From IMG/VR virus record IMGVR_UViG_3300031867_000233: a stretch of 37,534 bases of DNA, one strand, 5' to 3'. The position numbers and the translations under genes were made by a program. Origin of the DNA: a virus. This document shows positions 1-6,909 of the stretch, one piece after another (position 1 is the stretch's first letter; the number at the start of each line of letters is the position of its first letter). A model generated the notes under the pieces. It had not been told where the DNA came from. It ran no database searches and saw only the letters and a list, made by a program, of their open reading frames with translations.

Positions 1-127
1 CAAAAGTAGCGTTGTGGATGTCAGCATCCTATACGGTAGAGGCGAAGTGGACACGCCTGTAAGAATAAGGATTGCCTGACTTGTCAGGTGGAAACTTAAA
101 TATCAAACTTCTTAAATAGAACCGTCA
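1..127. repeat. Terminal direct repeat, copy 1 (identical to 37408..37534); most likely the assembly overlap of a circular contig
   Basis: Read by eye: bases 1-127 (caaaagtagcgttgtggatg...aaatagaaccgtca) recur exactly at 37408-37534. The unique unit is 37,407 bp. Confidence 0.95.
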
Positions 128-238
128 GGTTCTTAGAAGCCACCTACCTTTAGGTGGGTGGTAGTTCACAATATAACTTCCATTTGTTTCTCCCATATTC
201 AAAGTGTTGGCATTCTCAAATGACTTCATGAGCTAAGT

Positions 239-543
239 CATAAGCGCTCATGAGTAACCAATATTTATCTTTGACAGAAAGGAAGTGAAAAAAGACAACT
301 TCTTTGACAAAGTTAGTTTGGTATCACGGCTTTTTTCTCATGGGATAGCATGACACTATTTAAAAATACTCATACAACAAATTTTCATGGGCTATGCTAT
401 CCATTAATAGCGTTCAAAATCAAAAAAAAGAAAGAAAAAAATATATTTATAAAAAATAACATTAAAATAAGCATCTCAATTCAGGTCTAGCTCGTGAGAG
501 TCCAACGCTGTTTCACATGATTGGTTGCTTATGAGCGCTTATG
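239..543. repeat. 24-bp inverted repeat pair (arms 239..262 and 520..543, 22/24 complementary) enclosing a 257-bp non-coding segment
   Basis: The reverse complement of cataagcgctcatgagtaaccaat (239-262) is attggttactcatgagcgcttatg. Bases 520-543 read attggttgcttatgagcgcttatg. Confidence 0.85.
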
Positions 544-578
544 GAAGATGAAAAAATAAAACAAAACGAGGTAAAAAA

Positions 579-767
579 ATGGCGAAACTTGTAAAAATGA
601 AGTACAGAACTATCGGAGGTGACTTAAAAATCAATACGTATAATGCGACAATTTCAAAAAAGATTGTGGTGGCATCTGGGATTGATCCAGAGAAAGAAAT
701 CACAGTGAAGGCAGAAAACGGAAAAATCATTATCGAGCAAAAAAATAAAGGCAAAAATTACGATTGA
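579..767 (+). CDS. Small AbrB/SpoVT-like DNA-binding protein (62 aa), putative regulator
   Basis: The ORF has an RBS (acgaggtaaaaaaATG). The sequence ...ATISKKIVVASGIDPEKEITVKAENGKIIIEQ fits the swapped-hairpin AbrB/MazE pattern. A hairpin plus T-run follows the stop. Confidence 0.45.
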   Translation: MAKLVKMKYRTIGGDLKINTYNATISKKIVVASGIDPEKEITVKAENGKIIIEQKNKGKNYD

Positions 768-792
768 AAAGGGGTATAAAAACCCTTTTTTA
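766..792 (+). terminator. Weak rho-independent terminator-like hairpin after the AbrB-like gene
   Basis: aaaaggggtataaaaacccttttttat: a short G/C stem followed by a T-run. Confidence 0.4.
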
Positions 793-839
793 TATGACAC
801 AAAAAGAGTATAATCAAATTGTAAAAAAGAGGTAAAAAA

Positions 840-1070
840 ATGGTGAAAAAAGAGGAAAAAAATTTTGTATTATCTAACCGTACATATGACATTCTGAAGT
901 GGGTTGCACTTATCGGAACGAACGCATTTTCAGCGTTAGTTATATCGCTCGGCGAAATCTGGGGATGGAGCTATGCAGTACCGATTGCAGGAACTATTTC
1001 TGCAGTTGGTTCGTGCATTGGTGCATGTTTACAGGTAAGTTCGGCAAACTATAATAAAGGGGGACAATAA
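840..1070 (+). CDS. Holin (Dp-1/LL-H-like family)
   Basis: 76 aa with the motif SNRTYDILKWVALIGTNAFSALV and hydrophobic helices. It lies two genes upstream of the endolysin and has a strong RBS (aagaggtaaaaaaATG). Confidence 0.75.
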   Translation: MVKKEEKNFVLSNRTYDILKWVALIGTNAFSALVISLGEIWGWSYAVPIAGTISAVGSCIGACLQVSSANYNKGGQ

Positions 1071-1418
1071 ATGGGTCCTGAAACAAGTGTAAGCATCGCA
1101 TTACTTATTTCTTTGACATCGCTTGCATGTACGTTGATTAACACCTTTGCAGGTGGAAAAAAGCGTCAAGAAGAACAGGCAGAGCGAGAAAAGAACCGTC
1201 AGATGGACATTGAAAAAAACTTCGTCAAAATCAACGTGAAGCTGGACGATTTTTGTGACACCACAAAAAAGATTATGGCAGAAAGCAGTGAAAAAACTGA
1301 ACAGTTGAAAAATGTATCAGAGCAACTCATTCTTGTTACGGAACGTGTAAATACGCTGTTCAAGTACAAGGATGATCACGAAGCAAGAATTAAGGGGCTA
1401 GAAGACAAGGTCAAATAA
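1071..1418 (+). CDS. Membrane-anchored coiled-coil protein, lysis-cassette accessory (function unknown)
   Basis: N-terminal TM helix (VSIALLISLTSLACTLINTF) followed by a charged coiled coil. It sits between holin and endolysin, and its ATG directly follows the holin stop. Confidence 0.55.
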   Translation: MGPETSVSIALLISLTSLACTLINTFAGGKKRQEEQAEREKNRQMDIEKNFVKINVKLDDFCDTTKKIMAESSEKTEQLKNVSEQLILVTERVNTLFKYKDDHEARIKGLEDKVK

Positions 1419-1432
1419 GGAGAAATAAAAGA

Positions 1433-2395
1433 ATGTACGGCATTGATATTTCAAAGCATAATGGCAATTTTAATTTAGAGCCATATAAGGGACAATTCGT
1501 TATTATCAGGGTTGGATATGGGCATTTTCATCTTGATGAAAAGTTTGAAAGAAACGTGAACGAGTGTAAACGATTAGGCATTCCATTCGGTATTTATCAT
1601 TACTCATATGCACTTAATGAAGAAGAAGCAGAAGCAGAGGCTAAAGGAGTTCTTGACGCAATCGCAAAATACAAGAATGACATCAAAGTAGGGGTTTGGT
1701 TTGACATGGAGGATGCAGACGGATATAAGAAGAAGCATGGATTCAAGATCTCTAATTCGACCATTGCTCCAATTTGCTATAAATTCTGCAAGATGATTGA
1801 AGACGCAGGCTATTATTCAGGTATTTACACATCTAGTTCATGGCTTGATTACGTAAGTGGCTTAAATGACAGATTCGACAAGTGGGTTGCGAACTGGGGC
1901 AAGAATGATGGATCACAGCACACAAACACTTCACAATACGGTACTATTCAGCAGTATACATCAAAGCCACTAGACAAGAACATCATGTATGCTGATATTT
2001 CAAGATATTCAAGAAGTAACACAACACAGGTAAAACCAAAGCCAGCACCAGTAAAGCATAGATTTAATTTAGAAGTCGATGGCAAGATTGGACATAATAC
2101 AGTTAAGGCTATGCAAGCATGGTTAGGAACTGTTGTTGATGGCGTTGTATCTGGGCAGTCCAACAGACAAAAGAAACATCTTATTGCTTGCGTATCGAAC
2201 ACATGGGAGTTTAGCGACAGTCCAAAAGGCTCTTTAATGGTCAAGGCATTGCAAAAGAAGTTAGGCTGTGCTATTGATGGTATCATGGGAAAGAATACTA
2301 TAATGGCGCTTCAAAGAATGCTAGGCGTAAAGCAAGATGGATATCTAGGAAGCGATACTGCTAAGGCTTTACAGATATATCTTAATAGATTGTAG
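1433..2395 (+). CDS. Endolysin: GH25 muramidase with C-terminal peptidoglycan-binding repeats
   Basis: The N-terminus MYGIDISKHNG...FVIIRVGYG...GIYHYSY is typical of GH25 lysozyme. The C-terminus has three PG_binding_1-like repeats (DGKIGHNTVKAMQAWLG, DGIMGKNTIMALQRMLG, DGYLGSDTAKALQIYL). Confidence 0.9.
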   Translation: MYGIDISKHNGNFNLEPYKGQFVIIRVGYGHFHLDEKFERNVNECKRLGIPFGIYHYSYALNEEEAEAEAKGVLDAIAKYKNDIKVGVWFDMEDADGYKKKHGFKISNSTIAPICYKFCKMIEDAGYYSGIYTSSSWLDYVSGLNDRFDKWVANWGKNDGSQHTNTSQYGTIQQYTSKPLDKNIMYADISRYSRSNTTQVKPKPAPVKHRFNLEVDGKIGHNTVKAMQAWLGTVVDGVVSGQSNRQKKHLIACVSNTWEFSDSPKGSLMVKALQKKLGCAIDGIMGKNTIMALQRMLGVKQDGYLGSDTAKALQIYLNRL

Positions 2396-2396
2396 T

Positions 2397-2783
2397 ATGG
2401 CACAAGGCTATTATTCTTGTAGCAGATGCGGGAAGATACATCCGAAAGGCTATGTGTGTAAGGTAGGTGCAAGGAAGAAGCACTACAAGTACAGCTACAA
2501 AGAGTCAAGGTTGAGAAGCAAAGGCATATGGACAGAGAAGAGCAAGCAGATAAGAGAGGATGCAAACTATCTATGTGAAGTGTGCAAGGACAAAGGGATA
2601 TACAATTATCGTGACGTATCAGTACACCACATAGAGAAGCTACGAGACAGACCTGACTTACTTATTGAAGATACAAATTTAATTTGCTTATGCAAGGACT
2701 GTCACAGGATGGCAGATGTAGGAATGATTGACAAAGAATATTTAAAGAAGCTAGCAAGGAAGAGAATAGACAAGCTGAAATAA
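2397..2783 (+). CDS. HNH endonuclease (packaging-associated type)
   Basis: CSRCG...CEVC...VHHIEKL...NLICLCKDCH is an HNH/zinc-finger signature. It lies upstream of the terminase genes, as in HNH/cos phages. Confidence 0.85.
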   Translation: MAQGYYSCSRCGKIHPKGYVCKVGARKKHYKYSYKESRLRSKGIWTEKSKQIREDANYLCEVCKDKGIYNYRDVSVHHIEKLRDRPDLLIEDTNLICLCKDCHRMADVGMIDKEYLKKLARKRIDKLK

Positions 2784-2810
2784 TCCCCCCCATGGTAACG
2801 GGATTTTTCT
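2782..2810 (+). terminator. Terminator-like hairpin after the HNH gene
   Basis: AATCCC(2782-2787)-12 nt-GGGATT(2800-2805) followed by TTTTTC. Confidence 0.45.
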
Positions 2811-2874
2811 GGTGCTCTGTCAAGATGAAACGCCCCCATAGAGAGACACAAAAATAATAAAATCTTACGGTTTT

Positions 2875-2939
2875 TTGGAAAAACGGCAAATTTCACGCTA
2901 TAATGTGATTAAAGCCGTTTTTATGTTTCAAAAAGAAAC
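2875..2939 (+). promoter_or_regulatory. Sigma-70-like promoter (TTGGAA 2875-2880, 18-nt spacer, TATAAT 2899-2904) followed by a perfect palindrome GTTTCAAAAAGAAAC (2925..2939)
   Basis: The hexamers were read directly. The palindrome is identical to the copies at 30975, 31965, 33349 and 34222. A second palindrome, TTTCACGTGAAA, lies at 2957-2968. Confidence 0.55.
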
Positions 2940-2985
2940 AAAAACAGCAAAAAATGTTTTCACGTGAAACAAAGGTGGTGAACTG

Positions 2986-3831
2986 ATGAGAAAAGACTTT
3001 GCGTGTATCGTAATATCACATGGCAGACCTGAGTGCAGTACGGTAAAGGTGCTTCGTGATTGTGGTTATACAGGGAAAATCTATATCGTTGTTGACGATG
3101 AGGACAAAACGCTACCAGATTATGTCGAACGGTACGGGGCTGATGTTCATGTATTCCACAAAGAAGAAAACTTCGATACTGGAGACTTGGGTGGCAGTAA
3201 GGCATGTGGAGTGTTTGCACGCAACCAATGTTTGAAGGTTGCAGAGAAAAACATGCTGACTTACTACCTAGAACTTGACGATGATCTCGAAAATCTTTCG
3301 TACAGATATAACGATAACGGGCATTTAAGAGGAATCAAGGCTAGAGAGCTTGACAGGTTGTTGGATGGAATTTGTACTTATTTTGATGAAGCTCCTGTGC
3401 AGTGTTTAGGTTTCGGAAATGCCGTTGACTATATTGGTGGTGTTCCAACGTTTGAAAGTGGAAAAGCAAACAGGGCTGTCATGAATAGCTTTTTTCTAAG
3501 AACATCAAACAAGATTCAATGGCGAAGCAGATTTTCAGACGACATAATTACGGTTGTCGATGAAGCACAAAAAGGTCATGCAGGATTCAGATTCATTCCT
3601 GTTATGAGCACATACGATGTATGGATTCCAAAGCGAAAATCAAAAAGCAGTGGCGGTAGTATTGAGGACTATAACAAGATAGGTTCGTATAAGTTGAGAT
3701 ATTATGCTGTTATGTTTCATCCTGATTGCATAAAGATAAAAGAATCAGGAGATGGGTATGACTGGACTGTAGTATCTGAGAATGCATATCCTAAAATATT
3801 AAGCGGGCGATATAAGAAAGGCAGGGCGTAA
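2986..3831 (+). CDS. GT-A fold glycosyltransferase, paralog 1 (281 aa)
   Basis: GVFARNQCLKVAEKNMLTYYLELDDD matches the GT2/GT-A 'ArN..A....lDDD' nucleotide-sugar/DxD signature. It is clearly paralogous to 4603..5463, sharing SHGR, GVFARN, L.LDDD, DYIGGV and SFFL motifs. The RBS is aaaggtggtg. Confidence 0.7.
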   Translation: MRKDFACIVISHGRPECSTVKVLRDCGYTGKIYIVVDDEDKTLPDYVERYGADVHVFHKEENFDTGDLGGSKACGVFARNQCLKVAEKNMLTYYLELDDDLENLSYRYNDNGHLRGIKARELDRLLDGICTYFDEAPVQCLGFGNAVDYIGGVPTFESGKANRAVMNSFFLRTSNKIQWRSRFSDDIITVVDEAQKGHAGFRFIPVMSTYDVWIPKRKSKSSGGSIEDYNKIGSYKLRYYAVMFHPDCIKIKESGDGYDWTVVSENAYPKILSGRYKKGRA

Positions 3832-3833
3832 AA

Positions 3834-4613
3834 ATGGAAAGCAAAAAAATGAATATCGTTTACAAGAAGGTAAAGGACTTGATCCCGTATGAGAACAATC
3901 CAAGAAACAATGACGAAGCTGTTGACTATGTAGCAAACAGCATTAAAGAGTTCGGTTTTAAGGTTCCGTGTGTTGTGAGCGGTGACGGTGTATTGATCAC
4001 AGGTCATACAAGACTTAAAGCATGTAAGAAGCTAGGCATTGATGAAGTTCCGTGCATTGTTGCTGATGATCTTACAGAAGACCAGATCAAGGCGTTCAGA
4101 ATTGCTGATAACAAGGTATCCGAATACAGCACATGGGACAATGAAAAACTTGCTGAAGAACTGAGCGAAATCATGATTGATATGGGACAGTTCGGAGATG
4201 ATCTCTTCAAAGATGATGATACGATGGACGTTGAGCTTCCTGAAGAAGAAAATCCTTACAGCCAGAAAAAGCACATTCCACAGTATGAACCGACAGGCGA
4301 TTTTGTCGATATTATGGACTTGATTGATGATGAAAAGACGAACGAGTTAATTAAGGAAATCAAAGAATCTAATGTTTCTGAAGACCAGAAGAACTTCCTT
4401 ATCAAGTCGGCTTACAGGCATTTGAAGTTCAACTATTCAAAGATAGCTGACTATTATTCCAATGCTTCTGAAGAAATGCAGATTCTTATGGAGAAGTCAG
4501 CACTTGTCATTATTGACATTGATGATGCAATTGCAAACGGATATGTGAAGCTGACAAAGGTGGTACAGGACTTAATTGCTAAAGGTGGAGGTGGTGAAGA
4601 CGATGCGGAATAA
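3834..4613 (+). CDS. ParB/Srx N-terminal-domain protein with an uncharacterised C-terminal domain (259 aa)
   Basis: IPYENNPRNND...SIKEFGFKVPCVVSGDGVLITGHTRLKACKKLGIDEVPCIV is a ParB-like nuclease/CTPase-fold N-domain. I recognised no ParA, no methyltransferase motifs and no DPPY motif. Confidence 0.75.
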   Translation: MESKKMNIVYKKVKDLIPYENNPRNNDEAVDYVANSIKEFGFKVPCVVSGDGVLITGHTRLKACKKLGIDEVPCIVADDLTEDQIKAFRIADNKVSEYSTWDNEKLAEELSEIMIDMGQFGDDLFKDDDTMDVELPEEENPYSQKKHIPQYEPTGDFVDIMDLIDDEKTNELIKEIKESNVSEDQKNFLIKSAYRHLKFNYSKIADYYSNASEEMQILMEKSALVIIDIDDAIANGYVKLTKVVQDLIAKGGGGEDDAE

Positions 4614-5463
4614 AAGCTTTGCTGTATTTATTCTTTCGCATGGCAGAGCGAACAATATCAAGACAGTTAATATGTTAAAACGTTTTCGTTATACAGGCGA
4701 TTGGTACGTTGTCATAGACAATGAGGATGATCAAGAAGAACTGTACAGAAATGAGTTTGGCGACCATATCATTCAATTTGACAAGCGAGATTATGTAAGC
4801 AGAATCGACCTTGGCGATATGGACACAGACAGAAGGGTTGGCGTGTTTGCGAGAAACTTTATTCAAGATGAAGCAGAACGTCTTGGCTACGAATGCCACC
4901 TACAGCTTGATGATGATTTTTCTGAAATCTCAATCAGATATGCAGAGAACGATAAGCTACAAAGCATGATGGTCACTGACCTTGATACTGTATTTGATGC
5001 GTGCCTTGATTTATTTTTATCAACTCCGTTGACTGCTTTATCATTTGCATTAGCAAGTGACTACATTGGCGGTGTTGCAAATGACAGGTTTCAATCAGGA
5101 ATGTTCAGAAAAACAATGGGATCGTTTTTCTTAAAAGCAAAAGACAAAGTGAAATTTGTCATGCGCATGAATGATGATATAACATCATGTGTTTTGTATG
5201 GATCACGAGGGAAGCTGTTCTATAGCATGTCGAGCTTGCAGGTGATCACTCCTGCAACTCAGCATGATGCCGGCGGAATGACTGATATCTATAAAAAGAA
5301 TGGTACATATCGAAAATCGTTCTACAGTGTCATGTGCTGTCCTTCATTCGTAAAGGTTTCAGCCATGGGAATTACGGACTTCAGGATTCATCACGAAATC
5401 AGTTGGAATAATGCCGTGCCAAAGCTTCTGTCTGAAAGGTGGTGCAAGCATGAAAGATATTGA
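4603..5463 (+). CDS. GT-A fold glycosyltransferase, paralog 2 (286 aa)
   Basis: MRNKSFAVFILSHGR...GVFARNFIQDEAERLGYECHLQLDDD...DYIGGV...GSFFL is homologous to 2986..3831. The start is set at ATG 4603, after the RBS aaaggtggaggtggtg. It overlaps the ParB-like stop codon. Confidence 0.7.
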   Translation: MRNKSFAVFILSHGRANNIKTVNMLKRFRYTGDWYVVIDNEDDQEELYRNEFGDHIIQFDKRDYVSRIDLGDMDTDRRVGVFARNFIQDEAERLGYECHLQLDDDFSEISIRYAENDKLQSMMVTDLDTVFDACLDLFLSTPLTALSFALASDYIGGVANDRFQSGMFRKTMGSFFLKAKDKVKFVMRMNDDITSCVLYGSRGKLFYSMSSLQVITPATQHDAGGMTDIYKKNGTYRKSFYSVMCCPSFVKVSAMGITDFRIHHEISWNNAVPKLLSERWCKHERY

Positions 5464-6550
5464 TTATCTGATTATCGGTGCAGGGCTGAGCGGTTCAGTA
5501 ATTGCAAGTGAAATGACGTACAAGGGCTATAAATGCGTTGTTCTTGAAAAACGTGATGCTGTAGGAGGAAATATCAGAGATAAAGAAATCAGCGGAATAA
5601 ATGTCCATCTATACGGCCCTCATATATTTAGAACTAATGACATTGAAATATGGTCTTATTTAAACCTTTTCACTAGCTTTAACAGGTTCATCAATGAACC
5701 TATTGCAAATTACAAAGGCGAAATATATAACCTGCCGTTCAACATGAACACATTCTCTAAACTGTGGGGAGTTACAACACCTGAAGAAGCAAAACGAAAG
5801 ATTGAGGAACAGAGAGTACCGTGCGAAAATCCGAGGAACCTTGAAGAATATGTTCTGAATCTTGTAGGCACTGACATTTATGAGAAGCTTATAAAAGGAT
5901 ACACAGAAAAGCAGTGGGGCAAGACATGCAAGGAACTTGACAAAAGCATTATCAGGCGTATTCCGTTACGGTTCACGTACAACAATAATTATTTCAACGC
6001 AAAGTACCAAGGCATTCCCATTGATGGTTATTCTAAGACTGTAGAAAGGCTACTAGAAGGCGCTGAAGTGGTGACAGGGTATAAATGTTCATGCTCAAGC
6101 AAAGAGTGGCTAGAAAGAGCTAAAAACGTGGTTCTGACAGGTGCCATTGACGAGTGGTACGGCTATTGTTTCGGAACGCTGGAATATCGTAGCCTGAAAT
6201 TTGAAACTGAAGAATTGCAGGAAGAAAATCACCAAGGAAATGCGGTCGTAAATTACACCGATGCTAGAGTGCCATGGACTAGGATTATTGAGCATAAGCA
6301 TTTCACAGGAGTGCAGACACCGACAACAATTATCACGAAGGAATATCCGCAGAAATGGGAGCTTGGAAAAGAGCGGTACTATCCGATTGAGGATGAAAAG
6401 AACAAAGCACTGTATCAGAAGTACAAAGAGCTTGCAGACCGTGATGGATTGATCACAGTCGGAAGGCTTGCGGAGTATAAGTATTACGATATGGAAGATA
6501 CAATCAAAAGTGCATTAAAGGTGGCGAGAGAATTATGCGAAAAACAGTAA
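5450..6550 (+). CDS. glf: UDP-galactopyranose mutase (366 aa)
   Basis: MKDIDYLIIGAGLSGSV (FAD Rossmann GxGxxG), VLEKRDAVGGN, LYGPHIFRTN, NLPFNMNTF, and the C-terminal GRLAEYKYYDMEDTI. These are hallmarks of bacterial Glf as I remember them. The start is set at ATG 5450, after the RBS gaaaggtggtg. Confidence 0.85.
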   Translation: MKDIDYLIIGAGLSGSVIASEMTYKGYKCVVLEKRDAVGGNIRDKEISGINVHLYGPHIFRTNDIEIWSYLNLFTSFNRFINEPIANYKGEIYNLPFNMNTFSKLWGVTTPEEAKRKIEEQRVPCENPRNLEEYVLNLVGTDIYEKLIKGYTEKQWGKTCKELDKSIIRRIPLRFTYNNNYFNAKYQGIPIDGYSKTVERLLEGAEVVTGYKCSCSSKEWLERAKNVVLTGAIDEWYGYCFGTLEYRSLKFETEELQEENHQGNAVVNYTDARVPWTRIIEHKHFTGVQTPTTIITKEYPQKWELGKERYYPIEDEKNKALYQKYKELADRDGLITVGRLAEYKYYDMEDTIKSALKVARELCEKQ

Positions 6551-6909
6551 ACGAACAGGCAGAAGAAATATTACAGAAAGCAGAAGCATTCGGAGTTGAT
6601 AAAAACTTCTTCTTCATTACGACGTTCAGGCGATACATGGTGCAGTTGAAAATATTAAACGAGCTTGAATCGTCTATTAAAAATGACGGCGTACTGGTAA
6701 CGAAAGAGTATGTGAAGGGCAGAAAGAACGTATATTCTCATCCTGCCATTCAGGATTATAACAGAACAACTGACAGTGCAAACAAGACAGTAAGCACGCT
6801 GATGAAGATCATTTCGAGATTTTCCAGTGATGATAATTCTGATAGTGAAACTGACCCGTTGCTTCAGCTGATAAATGGCGGTGACGATGATGGCAGTTAC
6901 GAGCAGTAA
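6535..6909 (+). CDS. terS: Terminase small subunit (P27-like)
   Basis: 124 aa, immediately upstream of and overlapping terL. The helical N-terminus and acidic C-terminus are typical of P27-family small terminases. Confidence 0.6.
   Translation: MRKTVNEQAEEILQKAEAFGVDKNFFFITTFRRYMVQLKILNELESSIKNDGVLVTKEYVKGRKNVYSHPAIQDYNRTTDSANKTVSTLMKIISRFSSDDNSDSETDPLLQLINGGDDDGSYEQ

Noticed and set aside
1-240. Hairpin-rich sequence examined as a possible tRNA or tmRNA.
   Set aside because: No cloverleaf geometry, no T-loop (GTTCRANYC) and no acceptor stem/CCA context could be drawn. The hairpins are serial, not nested like a tRNA.
410-470. Long A-rich low-complexity block considered as a coding region or a tandem repeat.
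   Set aside because: There is no open frame and no periodic unit. It is most simply an A-tract, bent-DNA spacer.
579-767. The AbrB-like gene considered as the antitoxin of a toxin-antitoxin pair.
   Set aside because: No adjacent small toxin ORF exists. The next gene is the holin, after a terminator-like hairpin and its own RBS.
3834-4613. The ParB-like gene considered as evidence of a plasmid-prophage partition system.
   Set aside because: There is no ParA/ParM ATPase and no centromere-like repeat array. The phage encodes a serine integrase and an attP-like region, so it is integrative.
5411-5449. Upstream extension of the Glf ORF (MPCQSFCLKGGAS...). Similar upstream extensions occur at 4576, 9748, 13113, 23309, 27269, 27610, 31998 and 34209.
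   Set aside because: The extensions overlap the preceding gene or run through promoter cassettes. Internal ATGs preceded by good RBSs give N-termini that match the expected family starts.
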